Shown: positions 1 through 10,147 of the stretch, in pieces
How positions within the stretch are numbered: the first letter of the stretch is position 1
How the letters are laid out: every line of letters begins with the position of its first letter
Assembly (NCBI GenBank): GCA_046482545.1
Contig: JAWOEX010000039.1
Location: forward strand, 1 to 64,000
Origin: Candidatus Thorarchaeota archaeon
GTDB lineage: Archaea; Asgardarchaeota; Thorarchaeia; Thorarchaeales; Thorarchaeaceae
DNA: 64,000 bases
Reading direction: 5' to 3'
Translations under genes and position numbers: made by a program
The notes under the pieces: generated by a model
The model's input: the letters and a program-made list of their open reading frames with translations, nothing else
The model's database searches: none
What the model was told of the DNA's origin: nothing

Positions 1-3000
1 ATTTCATTACCGCTTGAAGAGATGTAGAGTGCCGTACCAGAGATCTGGCCAAATATGTTGTCTTCGATAATATTGCTGCTCGATGCGTCATCAATGGACA
101 GCCCGTAGTCATTGCATCCCGTGAAGTCGTTCATGGAGACTGTGCAATCGCTAGACGAATTCAGCTGCAAACCGCTGTCAACATTGCTGAAAGTAAGACC
201 ACTGATGTTACAAGAAGAACATTCCCTGACGAGAAGGCCTACTCCGCAATCCGTGAATCTAACATTCGAAACATTCAGGCTTATTTGGTAGAGCTCCATT
301 CCGATGCTGGAATCTCCTACCCTCAAGTTGTTGAATGAGACCGTAGTGATGTTGACAAGGAATCCTGGATTCCCCGCTCCGTAGCCGCATCGATAGATCG
401 AGGCATTGTCCATTACTAGTCTGGCGCCACTTCTGAGACCAAACCCATAGGTTGCTTGAGTGTTGTTGGCTGTAATGGTCGCTCCACCTATTAGTCTAAA
501 CTCACATCCGTCTTCTACGACTACGTATTGTATCGTGGATGAATCAGACTGAAACTCAACTGTGGTGCCTACCAGGGTAAGATTCCCGTTCTCCCACAGA
601 TACATGTGCTTTTGTGGGAATAAAGTTGTGTTGAGGACGATGAGCCGAAAGTTGATTGCAAATATGTCATTGCTAGTATTGGGCTCGTTCAGGAACAACG
701 GTTGGTTGTGTAGAAGCGGGTAATTATCATAATTCCCAGGAGCTACTTCGTAAGGAACATCGCCAATCCAAGGATTGCCAGTCCCATCATCATAGCCATG
801 ATAGTAATCATTGCCATCGGGTCCTGATGGACCCCAGAAATTCCCAAGGGTGCCATTATCGAAATGCATCCCTCCGGCACCATCTATGTTGCCAGCATCG
901 TTTTCATAGAGTATGTTCATCCAGAAAGCCGCGTCACCACACCTAGTAGGCACAACACCAAAACCACCATTCATGGTGAGTGTGTTGTTGAAAATCATGC
1001 TGTCGTAGAGTTCAGTAATCTCTAATCCATTGCCATTACAGGATTTCACCACATTGTGGGTAACGTTGCTGAAGTAACCATGGACTCCGACGCCATAATC
1101 AGCGTTGATTCTGATGCCATAGCTTCCTGCCAATTCCACGTAGTTTTTACTCACAATGGAATGATTGCTTACGTGCCGAGCTCGAATTCCAAAACCTGAG
1201 CAATTGAATATCCGGTTCCAACTCAGTTGCACTTGCGAAGCCTCTGTTAGAATATCAATTCCATTTCCAGTGATATTCACTATCTCATTCTCATTGACCA
1301 CCGGGGTATAGGCATTAGAACTAGCGCCAATGACTATGGCGTTAGTGGAATTGACGATGTAGTTTCCGGTTACTGTAGCATTATCACCCTCGATACCAAT
1401 AGCCGTTCCTCCATTCAGGTAGAATTCATTGTTTAGTACACTCACATTGTGTACGGCCTGCAGAGTTGCATCAAAACCGCTGTAGAATGTGCTTTTCTTC
1501 ACGGTAATGAACTTGCAGTCAGCAAATAGAGCCCAAGAGACACCATCAAATGTACAGTTATCGAAGGTGATATAGTGGACATCACGATTAGCTGTTGTCG
1601 CACTGGTGATGGTCAGTGAATCAAAAGTGGAATCCTGGAATGTTAAATGGTTCGAAGGGCCATCTATTCCCAAATCACCTTTGAGACTCGCGTTGGAGAA
1701 TGTGCAATCAATCGAATCATCAATCAATAGCTGATCATTGAAGGTATTGTTGTCTGCGATACAATTCGAAATATACTGCAAATCGGTGGTACCATTCAGG
1801 TAGTTGTCATTCATCATGAAATCATCGATATGGTGGATAATGGAATTACCCGTTACGGTGGAGCCTTCGATCTGCTGGGTGATATCATGTCCATTGAAGG
1901 TCAAGTCACCTTGAATCAGGGAAATCTGCAACGTAGTGCTAACATAAGTATCGATAGAAAGCCCCTTCGTGAATGTTGCATTCAGGAACCCAGCTACAGT
2001 ATTGTTTTCAATTGTCACCTGGGTTGGGTTATTGGCAAGATTTACAGTCGTGTTGAGAACACCAAAAGCACCGAAAGTAGAGTTGACTACAGCAATATCC
2101 GCAGGTACTGATATGCTGTTCCACTGAAATACGGTCGGTATTTCGATTTCCCAGACTCCACTTGACGGCGGTAGTTCTCCTATTCTGAAAACAGGGTGGT
2201 TGTCGGTAATGTTCTCGTCATAATTGAATGGTGTTGTATCGCCTAACCAATCGTTGTTGGAGTCTTCTTCTTGGTAATCATTAAACCACAGGTTGCCATA
2301 GGCTGAATTGTTCCAATCGTTGCGCGTATGATTGTAATCCCTCGCAGCTAAATCATTATTGATGAATGCGTTCTGGTAAAACGTGTTATCCGAGCCATTC
2401 TGGATAAAAATGCCTATGGAATTCTCAAAGAACAAGTTTCCGTAGGTCTTCCCAAAAGAGCCATAGTCAATACTTCCCTCATCGCCAAATCTTAGCGCGG
2501 AACCATTACAGTACGAGAAGGTGTTGTATCTGACCGTGATGTTGTTTGACTTTTCTTGGAAAATCCCGGCACCAGCTACATTGTCTATCCGATTGTGTTC
2601 GATTATGATTCCAGTTCCGTTGTAATAATCAGTTATTCTAACCAGAATTGCCCCGCTTGACTCATATTCATTTTGCGACGTCTCTGTAATTCCGGTCATA
2701 TTTCTGAAGAGGTTGCCTGTAACATTGAGGTGCTCTGTCCCATAGATTTTGATGCCAAAACCCCGTATATTGGAAAAGACATTGGAATCTATTGTGAGAT
2801 TATCACTATTAGCGTTAATGCAGTAGAAACCCCCACTGCCAACTCTACCGAGGTTTTCGAAAGTATTGTTCGCAATAATAGCTCCGTCATCAGCATCTAT
2901 GAGTCCTCTGTACCAGTCGGCCCAAGCTGTGCCTCGCTCTTTAATTCCAAAATCGTGAAAGCTGTTGTCAACAATAGTTGCGTTTGGAGAGTCAATTAGA

Positions 3001-3674
3001 TAGATAAGATTGTAAAGTCGTTCATCGCCAATATTGGTAAATTCATTTGCCGATATATTTACCTCTGCTGTACCCTGCACCTCAATCGGTTGCAGCGCAC
3101 TCCAATCATCAAACTCGTTGCCATGCAATGTGAAGCCATCTGAAGCCAGATTGCCGATATCAAGTTTCGTGAAGTTGAGTATCTTCGAATTGATGATGCC
3201 TCCGTCCGATCCGTCGAGATACCTTATGCCGAAAGCAGTATCATCAGGATAATGCCAGAGTGTGCAGTTATCGAATACAAGGGTGGATCCTGACTCTACA
3301 TTGACCCATGCTGAGTCATGGTCCCCATCATTCAACAATATGCTACAGTTTCTGAATACAACATCTGCTCCGCCGGAGACATTAATCCCCCTCTGAGAGT
3401 TCCAACTATCATCATCCTCGATGGTTCCACTAGTAGTAATGTTTACATCTCCAGATGAACTAAGTTTGGATCTTCCAATGGGGCCAGCATCTGTATCATT
3501 AACGTCTAATGAATCATGCTCAAAATGGTCTTGGGAATCCATCGTTACTCCGTTATTAGAAATAGAAATAACTAACAGAATTCCAATTGCTACAATCAAC
3601 AAGATTCTCAAATGTGATGCGCGGCTACTCAAAAGGCGTTTCGACTCCTTACACCCCTCAATGGTCGGAGTCAT
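1..3674 (-). CDS. Large secreted right-handed parallel beta-helix (NosD/CASH-like) surface protein, partial (>1220 aa, runs off window start)
   Basis: Not in ORF track because truncated. ATG at 3674 (MTPTIEGCKESKRLLSSRASHLRILLIVAIGILLVISIS, signal/anchor helix); the same frame reads SNIIEDNIFGQISGTALYISSSGNE at the window edge. Asn/Ile/Gly-rich beta-helix repeats, GNFW...IGDVPY and GNLW...LGDTTPF motifs, many NxS/T sequons. Confidence 0.88.
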   Translation of the reverse strand, partial: MTPTIEGCKESKRLLSSRASHLRILLIVAIGILLVISISNNGVTMDSQDHFEHDSLDVNDTDAGPIGRSKLSSSGDVNITTSGTIEDDDSWNSQRGINVSGGADVVFRNCSILLNDGDHDSAWVNVESGSTLVFDNCTLWHYPDDTAFGIRYLDGSDGGIINSKILNFTKLDIGNLASDGFTLHGNEFDDWSALQPIEVQGTAEVNISANEFTNIGDERLYNLIYLIDSPNATIVDNSFHDFGIKERGTAWADWYRGLIDADDGAIIANNTFENLGRVGSGGFYCINANSDNLTIDSNVFSNIRGFGIKIYGTEHLNVTGNLFRNMTGITETSQNEYESSGAILVRITDYYNGTGIIIEHNRIDNVAGAGIFQEKSNNITVRYNTFSYCNGSALRFGDEGSIDYGSFGKTYGNLFFENSIGIFIQNGSDNTFYQNAFINNDLAARDYNHTRNDWNNSAYGNLWFNDYQEEDSNNDWLGDTTPFNYDENITDNHPVFRIGELPPSSGVWEIEIPTVFQWNSISVPADIAVVNSTFGAFGVLNTTVNLANNPTQVTIENNTVAGFLNATFTKGLSIDTYVSTTLQISLIQGDLTFNGHDITQQIEGSTVTGNSIIHHIDDFMMNDNYLNGTTDLQYISNCIADNNTFNDQLLIDDSIDCTFSNASLKGDLGIDGPSNHLTFQDSTFDSLTITSATTANRDVHYITFDNCTFDGVSWALFADCKFITVKKSTFYSGFDATLQAVHNVSVLNNEFYLNGGTAIGIEGDNATVTGNYIVNSTNAIVIGASSNAYTPVVNENEIVNITGNGIDILTEASQVQLSWNRIFNCSGFGIRARHVSNHSIVSKNYVELAGSYGIRINADYGVGVHGYFSNVTHNVVKSCNGNGLEITELYDSMIFNNTLTMNGGFGVVPTRCGDAAFWMNILYENDAGNIDGAGGMHFDNGTLGNFWGPSGPDGNDYYHGYDDGTGNPWIGDVPYEVAPGNYDNYPLLHNQPLFLNEPNTSNDIFAINFRLIVLNTTLFPQKHMYLWENGNLTLVGTTVEFQSDSSTIQYVVVEDGCEFRLIGGATITANNTQATYGFGLRSGARLVMDNASIYRCGYGAGNPGFLVNITTVSFNNLRVGDSSIGMELYQISLNVSNVRFTDCGVGLLVRECSSCNISGLTFSNVDSGLQLNSSSDCTVSMNDFTGCNDYGLSIDDASSSNIIEDNIFGQISGTALYISSSGNE

Positions 3675-3743
3675 AAAAGGATAGTGTTTCTCTGATAAAG
3701 ACTTGATAAAATATATGCATATGCTAGAATATTGGAAAGGTGA

Positions 3744-4691
3744 TTGGACACACCCATAACGAAAGCTCTGAAAGGCATGGCCACCATTTCTGACTCGGTG
3801 AGAAAGCCTGTGCTGCAGTACGAAGGCAAGATTTGGAGACCTCCGAGCGAAGCCAAGAGCCTAATTCTTCAGGCTACAGTTGGCTGTTCACATAATGCCT
3901 GTATCTTCTGTGTGTCCTACAAGAACAAGCGATACCGAGTACGAGGAGCATCAGGTATATCCCAAGACGTCGACCAATTATCAAATAACGTAAAACAGTA
4001 TACAAACAGAGTCTTTCTAGCGGACGGTAATGCACTGACCATGGATACAGATGAGATGGCAAATACCCTGAAGGCGCTGGACAGAGAACTCCCAAGTCTA
4101 GAGCGAGTCGGGACGTATGCCTATGCCGGAGATGTTGAAGATAAATCCGTTGACGATTTGAAGAGGCTCCGAGAGCTCGGACTTGGACTTGTCTACTTGG
4201 GCCTAGAAACGGGAGATGATGATCTTCTGAAATGGGTGCGAAAGGGCGTAACAAACGACGAGAATATTGAGGCTTGCAAGAAGATACGGGCTGCTGGCAT
4301 TCCGCTTTCTCTGACAATTATCCTTGGGCTTGGTGGGCTTGAAAACTCAGAACAGCATGCCAGAGCAACGGCGAAAGCACTCAATCGGATTAACCCGGAA
4401 TACATAGGTGCACTCACTCTGATGACTCCACCAGGAACTCCAATCCATAGGATGGTGCAAAAGGGTGAGTTCCAACCGATGAAACCCTTTGATATTCTCA
4501 AAGAGATGAAGATACTAGTCGAAGGTCTAGAGCTAACCCAGTGTATATTCCGAACCAATCACGCCTCCAATTATCTATCTCTAGGGGGTACTCTCAACAG
4601 AGACAAGGAGAATATTCTGAATACCTTGAAGGAAGCTCTCACGCGGCAAGACAAGGGGAACTTGAAGCCGTCGTACATGAGGGGGCTCTAG
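3744..4691 (+). CDS. Radical SAM protein, function unknown
   Basis: RPPSEA-SLILQATVGCSHNACIFC (CxxxCxxC), FLADGNAL, YLGLETG; start may be ATG 3777. Confidence 0.9.
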   Translation: MDTPITKALKGMATISDSVRKPVLQYEGKIWRPPSEAKSLILQATVGCSHNACIFCVSYKNKRYRVRGASGISQDVDQLSNNVKQYTNRVFLADGNALTMDTDEMANTLKALDRELPSLERVGTYAYAGDVEDKSVDDLKRLRELGLGLVYLGLETGDDDLLKWVRKGVTNDENIEACKKIRAAGIPLSLTIILGLGGLENSEQHARATAKALNRINPEYIGALTLMTPPGTPIHRMVQKGEFQPMKPFDILKEMKILVEGLELTQCIFRTNHASNYLSLGGTLNRDKENILNTLKEALTRQDKGNLKPSYMRGL

Positions 4692-5175
4692 CAATAACCC
4701 AAAACAAATACGGCCGATAGGAATTGGCTCTTGAGAGGATTATTGCGGCAAAAATCGTCACAAAGAATAGAATTCCAGCTGCAAACCATAGAGGGGGTAT
4801 TCCGAGGGCGTCAATGACTGCCTCCGTCAGAAGAAGCAGGGAAACAATGAACAAGAATGATAGAAATGCCAGCAGAAGATTGGTATCAAAAATGGACATT
4901 CCAGTGATACCGGGGTAAAATACCGTATGAAGAAAAAGATGCAGGAATGGCCATGCAATGCCGAAGAAGGGCACTCTGGCAACGGCCCATACCAAATAGT
5001 CCCGACCGTAGTTATCCTTAGAAAACGTCAGTGCAACTGAGATTGCTACCAAGGTTAGAGTCCCTAGAACAAACCAAAAGGGATAGATCCCCACAACAAC
5101 TGTCGTCTGCATTATGAAAAAGTATCTCTCAATGGTTGCAAGCGATAACAGGTGTTCTTGTATACTAACATTCAT
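4639..5175 (-). CDS. Hypothetical membrane protein
   Basis: About 4 hydrophobic helices and an internal repeat; 3' end overlaps the convergent radical SAM gene by 53 nt. Confidence 0.55.
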   Translation of the reverse strand: MNVSIQEHLLSLATIERYFFIMQTTVVVGIYPFWFVLGTLTLVAISVALTFSKDNYGRDYLVWAVARVPFFGIAWPFLHLFLHTVFYPGITGMSIFDTNLLLAFLSFLFIVSLLLLTEAVIDALGIPPLWFAAGILFFVTIFAAIILSRANSYRPYLFWVIARAPSCTTASSSPCLAA

Positions 5176-5340
5176 TCCAAATTTTCTTTATACCTTTTAT
5201 TGATTTAATTGTTGCCTTTGATTTTAGCTTTCTTTTGATGTGATAGTGTTCACTCATAGCCGAATGTGGTGAATCAAATTTGATGGAAAAAGAAGAATCA
5301 CCAAGCACCCCATGTTTAGGGCGCTTGGCATGAGTTGGTA

Positions 5341-6789
5341 CTACTCTCTGTGCAGCGGACAGAAGGCACAATCCTGACCCGGCCCGCCAAACTTCTTCTG
5401 GTAGAAGGCATCATAGGTAACAGCTCTGCACCCATGTTCCTCCAGTGATTCAATCGTCTTGGGAGCCCTAGATGACATCAGGACGACTCCGGGTTTCAGA
5501 CACTCAGCAATTTCAACCTGAGCAGCAATCTCCATAGCAATGACTCCAAGATGCTCAAGTGTGTTCTCATACTGATTCGGGTCGCCGCCATACCAGATTA
5601 TGCCGTCAGGGTCCATGACGCCGTCATCGATCAGGGCCTGCAGATAGCTGTTCCTAGTAGAAACCAGTTCTCCAGCCTCATAGGTGTATACTTTGCCAAT
5701 ATCTTGCAGCAGCGCGATGTTCTCATCTGTTAGATCCTGTAGGGCTTGAGACTTGATGCGGTCTCGCTCCTCCTCAGGTATATCGACCTCTTCCTCCCTT
5801 AGCTTCTGGAGCAGGGGATGGTATTCTTCAATATCACGCTTGAGAGCCTTTACCCACTCGATGTACTTCTTGCGGCCGCCCTTGGGATAGTCCATAATGT
5901 ATGGCATGAACATGCCTTTACCCTCGTCAACCTCACAATGAAACGTTTCAAAGTGCCAACAGAAAGAGTAGACTATATCATTGAAACCCTCAGCCAGAAT
6001 GGGCATCTTCTGCACTGCGTATATCGTTTTCTCAGGCAATGCCTCTGAAAGTTGACGCATCCCCTCGCGGCTTGTGTGCCACCCAACTCCAGCAGCAATT
6101 GTATCTTCGCTCGGAGCCCGCATGTCACCGCCTTCTAGATACGCAGGAGGTTTAGGATCAAGAAGAACCTCAACATTCTCAATCATCTCAGGATGGTGTT
6201 CGATGATAGCATGAGTAATCTCATCTTCGCGTGAACGCCACCATGTCTTCTTGTTGTTGTAAACAAAACCTTGGTCGGTCATCCAACCCTCTTCGGAGAT
6301 GTTCTGGACCCAAGGAGTGGGACGAATCCCAATCTTCCATTCATCGCCGTCTTTGTATAATGGCGGATCATTACTTCCAATGAGCTGGTCAGCAGTTACG
6401 CTCTTGTAGTCCTCTCCCAGCAGCTTCTTGATCCGGGGTCGATCCCACTCATGGAAACAGGTCAGCACAACCTCCTCAAGACGCTTTGGATCGTCACGCC
6501 ACGCATCGAGAGTCTCCTGCAAAAGTTCACGGTAGCTTAGAAGTCTGACACCGGGTATTTCATCCTCTACTGCTTTCTGCATTTTGTTCTTCAGGTCACG
6601 TCGCTGTAGCTCTGACTCACGCTTAGTGAAATGCGTATGATAGGGCTTATCAACCGCACCCCAGGCAAGCGGGTATTCACCGTACCCGGGTATTGCCCAC
6701 CATCTTTCGAGCCTTCCTGGCTCAACGATTGCGACTCTTAAGGTGTCATATCTTGCTTTAACGCTCCACATATTCATCACACTCTCCAT
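5341..6789 (-). CDS. Arginine deiminase/amidinotransferase (pentein) family protein, probably catalytic
   Basis: YLEGGDM, WHFET, C-terminal GGPGQDCAFCPLHRE with candidate nucleophile Cys; true start probably 6777 (TGATG overlap with upstream stop) or 6771. Confidence 0.8.
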   Translation of the reverse strand: MESVMNMWSVKARYDTLRVAIVEPGRLERWWAIPGYGEYPLAWGAVDKPYHTHFTKRESELQRRDLKNKMQKAVEDEIPGVRLLSYRELLQETLDAWRDDPKRLEEVVLTCFHEWDRPRIKKLLGEDYKSVTADQLIGSNDPPLYKDGDEWKIGIRPTPWVQNISEEGWMTDQGFVYNNKKTWWRSREDEITHAIIEHHPEMIENVEVLLDPKPPAYLEGGDMRAPSEDTIAAGVGWHTSREGMRQLSEALPEKTIYAVQKMPILAEGFNDIVYSFCWHFETFHCEVDEGKGMFMPYIMDYPKGGRKKYIEWVKALKRDIEEYHPLLQKLREEEVDIPEEERDRIKSQALQDLTDENIALLQDIGKVYTYEAGELVSTRNSYLQALIDDGVMDPDGIIWYGGDPNQYENTLEHLGVIAMEIAAQVEIAECLKPGVVLMSSRAPKTIESLEEHGCRAVTYDAFYQKKFGGPGQDCAFCPLHRE

Positions 6790-8210
6790 AGTGGTAGCAC
6801 AAAGCTACCAAGACCTGTTTCATGTATCATCTTCACATACCTGGCATCTTTCTCGATTACTTCGACGCCATTGTACTCAAGTATTTCATTCGTCTTCACC
6901 ATGTCGTGATAGCTCATCACCACACCGGGCTTCAAGACAGTCAGGGCACAGGCCCAGCCTCCTTCTCTGATGGAGGTAATCCAGTGTTCGTATTCATTGC
7001 GGTATTCCACGTCGTTCGGATCTCCGCCAACCAGGATTATGTTCTCGGGGCTCAGTACAGCATCCTCGATGAGCTGGTCAACGAAGCTAGAGTTCTTTGA
7101 CTTGGATTTCCCATCTTCAAGGACTTCCACACTTCCAACGCCATCAAATCCCTTCAGGCGTTCCTTCGAAAGTGAACCGTATACTCTTGACTTGATCCGC
7201 GGTTTCACTCTGTCAGGAATCTCAGCCCAATTTTCTTCTTGGAAGTCAGATTCCTTCCGCACCGGTTCCCATCTGTACAAATCATCACTGAGAGTCTGCA
7301 GCATGTTCATCAGGACTTTGCGGCTTCCCGTTGGATAATCAAAAATGTATGGCTGAATTAGCGCCTTATCTCGGTCAATCATGTTGAACATGTAGTTCAA
7401 GCGCTCACCGTAGTGATCCACCCACGAGTGGCTCATCAGATGTTCAGGATACTTCTTGACAACATACACTTTCTTATCAGGAAGGGCTTTCGATATCTCT
7501 GTAGCTGCTTTCTTAGTTGAATAAGACCCTACACCGATTGCCAGAGTGTCCTCATTGATGTTGACGATGTCACTGCCCGCCAGGTAGGCTTCACCATCAA
7601 GGTTTGCCACAACGTTCATGTTGTCAATGAATGTTGGATGATTCTCAATAATGACATTCATTATCAGATTTTCTCGGGACCTGCTCCATGAAGACATATT
7701 TCCAGCGATGAAGCCTTCAGAAGTCATGTGTCCCAAATCGGCAACTCTCGGCATGGCTTTCACAGGTCTGATACCGAATTCATATTTCTCATCGTCAATC
7801 AATGGACACTTCTCACCGAAAATCTCCCCGGCGCTTACGTCAGCCCAGTAACGTTCCTTGATTAGATTCTCAATCCGATTACGTTCAAACTCTGGAAAAC
7901 AACCAAGAATGATTTCCTTGAGTCTTTTCTTGTCTTCTCGCCAAGCTTCGAGTGTCTGTGCTAGGAGCTCCTTGACATCGAAGACAGTAGCGGAAGTGTT
8001 TTCTCGAATGGTACGACTGTAGTCTTTCAAATCAGAAATCATACCATCATAGTCAGCTTTCACAAAGCTGTTTCCTGACAGCGGATGGTCTCCAATTGGA
8101 CCGAAAGGCAGCCAAGTGCCTTCCTTGCCGCCGCGATAGGTAATTGCAGCTTTGATTTTACCATAATCAGCATTAACACTCCACATGTGCGAATTCCCTG
8201 CGCATATCAC
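6777..8210 (-). CDS. Arginine deiminase-fold paralog with degenerate active site
   Basis: Colinear with downstream paralog (MWSV, ELL..TL.AWR.D, GIRP, PYI.DYP.G.RK, LKPGVV) but has YLAGSD, ERLNY and GLGSFVLPL in place of catalytic motifs; start probably ATG 8186. Confidence 0.78.
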   Translation of the reverse strand: MICAGNSHMWSVNADYGKIKAAITYRGGKEGTWLPFGPIGDHPLSGNSFVKADYDGMISDLKDYSRTIRENTSATVFDVKELLAQTLEAWREDKKRLKEIILGCFPEFERNRIENLIKERYWADVSAGEIFGEKCPLIDDEKYEFGIRPVKAMPRVADLGHMTSEGFIAGNMSSWSRSRENLIMNVIIENHPTFIDNMNVVANLDGEAYLAGSDIVNINEDTLAIGVGSYSTKKAATEISKALPDKKVYVVKKYPEHLMSHSWVDHYGERLNYMFNMIDRDKALIQPYIFDYPTGSRKVLMNMLQTLSDDLYRWEPVRKESDFQEENWAEIPDRVKPRIKSRVYGSLSKERLKGFDGVGSVEVLEDGKSKSKNSSFVDQLIEDAVLSPENIILVGGDPNDVEYRNEYEHWITSIREGGWACALTVLKPGVVMSYHDMVKTNEILEYNGVEVIEKDARYVKMIHETGLGSFVLPLWRV

Positions 8211-8323
8211 TGACGGACTGATAAAAGAGATTGTGGTACTGTCAAAAACAAGTTTTGCGCTCTAGGTTCATTAGGAGCGCTTTGGACGAAATCTGCTTTT
8301 GCTTGCTTGTAGGTAGTTCAGAA

Positions 8324-10147
8324 TCATGCAAGTAGATTTCTGGCCAGAAAATTTACCGTCTCATCCCAAGCTAATAGAGAGTTCTTACGTTTGATGAATT
8401 CATGGCCGACGCCTGGAAGCACCCGGTATTCGACATTGGTACCTCTAATGCTTAGCTCTTCCACGAATTTGTCCATCGTATTAAGAGAGATTAACTGATC
8501 TTCAGCCCCTTGAATGATTAAGCATCTCAAATCTGTATTTTCCACATGACTGACTGGCGAACGGTCAATTAGCAGATGTCTTTCAGATTCAGGGTTGCCG
8601 ATAAGCCTCAAGGCTACATTCCTTGAATCAGATGGCAGGGATTCAATGTAGTCCAACAAGTCACAGGGTCCTTGCATGCTGACTGCCGCCGCAAAATGAT
8701 TTGGAAGTAGAAATGCACTGATTAATGCTGCATACCCTCCGAAGTGGCGACCAACAATTCCCAATCTGTTGCCATCAACCCAGTCTAGCCGGGTCAAGTA
8801 TTCTACCCCTTGCTTGATATCCTCAACCATCTCGCCGCCCCAGTCCCCCAAGATCAGTGATTCATAAGTTCGGCCATACCCACTACTTCCCCTAATATTT
8901 GGAGCTAGAATCCCCATTCCTCGATTCAGAAGATACTGAAACGAAGCATTGTATTCTGGACGTGCTTGTCCTCTTGATTTTGAATGAATGCTGATAACGA
9001 CTGGAGCGGCACCACGCGTAGAATCAACCATCAGAGGTCTGTAAAGAAACGCTGGTATTTTCAAACCATCCTCGCTTTCATAAAATATCAAATTTGGTTC
9101 CACAAGCTGTTCTTCATCCAGCCTACCCAAGAACCCGTTTGTTATAGGCCTTGCAACTCTGTTCTGTCCCCAATCAGAAATATAGAGGGAGATAGGCCTC
9201 CTAGGAGTGCGCAATGTGAAAACTAGGGAAGCCCCATCTTTGCTAAAACTAGGCTGACCCATCACACCATCCGGCAGAGGGGGCGAGTAAACACGATCAC
9301 GCTCATAGTCTTTAACGCAAAGCCTGCTATATCCGTCTTCATTGGATACCCAAGCCAGATATGAACCATCATTCGAATGAGCTATATGTTCGATATCCCA
9401 GTTCGATCGCTGAATCCATTCGAATGATTCAGTTTCAAGGTCGAAGAATCCTAGTCCCATTGATTCCAACCCTTCTTCTGATAATAGGTAGAATCCGGTA
9501 CTATCGGAGGACCAAGGTCCTGGCTTGATTCGACATGGTTCTTCAGTCTGCCATGGAATCATATTCTTGGTATTATTGACATTAATGAGGTGGATTTCTG
9601 AATATCCAGGCTCAATCTCTTTCGTTGCGGTGACCCAATTACCATCAGGACTGAAATAGCCCATGCGGTATATTCCGTCATCTGTTAGATGCCTTTTCTT
9701 TCGTGTATCAAAATCTAGAAGAATCAAATCCATGCGGGCTTTGTCCCTTTCATTGGAGCTGTAAATAGCCCCCCTTGAATTTGGAGTGAGGATTTGACTT
9801 CCCCATGAACGGTGAATTTCTTCTTGCGAACTCAATGGTATGGGCCAAGATTCGATTCCTTTCATTGAGTAGAGCTTGTATTGTCCGGTTCCACTTTTTT
9901 CTGTAAACAGAACCAATTGGTCGTTGCTGAAGTCATAGCTTACAACTGCTTCTTCCTCAAAAGCTGTCACTTGCTGAGGTGAAAGAACAGGATCAATTGG
10001 TCTTATCCAGAGATTGAACTGCCCACTTAGGTCGCTTAGGTACAGGATACGGCGGTCATCAGCTGTGAATCGAGGGTAGCGACTATCTCTAAATGCCGCA
10101 AATCGTCTGAAGGGAAATGTATCCCATCTGATTGTTGGCTCCGCCAT
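8324..10147 (-). CDS. S9 (prolyl oligopeptidase/acylaminoacyl peptidase) family homolog lacking the catalytic Ser
   Basis: N-terminal beta-propeller repeats, PNIRGSSGYG, GDWGG, QGAED, GVGHEF; nucleophile elbow reads GRHFGG instead of GxSxGG. Confidence 0.85.
   Translation of the reverse strand: MAEPTIRWDTFPFRRFAAFRDSRYPRFTADDRRILYLSDLSGQFNLWIRPIDPVLSPQQVTAFEEEAVVSYDFSNDQLVLFTEKSGTGQYKLYSMKGIESWPIPLSSQEEIHRSWGSQILTPNSRGAIYSSNERDKARMDLILLDFDTRKKRHLTDDGIYRMGYFSPDGNWVTATKEIEPGYSEIHLINVNNTKNMIPWQTEEPCRIKPGPWSSDSTGFYLLSEEGLESMGLGFFDLETESFEWIQRSNWDIEHIAHSNDGSYLAWVSNEDGYSRLCVKDYERDRVYSPPLPDGVMGQPSFSKDGASLVFTLRTPRRPISLYISDWGQNRVARPITNGFLGRLDEEQLVEPNLIFYESEDGLKIPAFLYRPLMVDSTRGAAPVVISIHSKSRGQARPEYNASFQYLLNRGMGILAPNIRGSSGYGRTYESLILGDWGGEMVEDIKQGVEYLTRLDWVDGNRLGIVGRHFGGYAALISAFLLPNHFAAAVSMQGPCDLLDYIESLPSDSRNVALRLIGNPESERHLLIDRSPVSHVENTDLRCLIIQGAEDQLISLNTMDKFVEELSIRGTNVEYRVLPGVGHEFIKRKNSLLAWDETVNFLARNLLA

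Noticed and set aside
1830-3684. Plus-strand ORFs of 72-108 aa
   Set aside because: Antisense shadows of the large minus-strand beta-helix gene.
3744-4691. Radical SAM as the missing GRE activase
   Set aside because: Lacks the activase-type GCPLRCxWCxNPE motif and lies 30 kb away; the other radical SAM (54242) is explained by the adjacent sulfatase.
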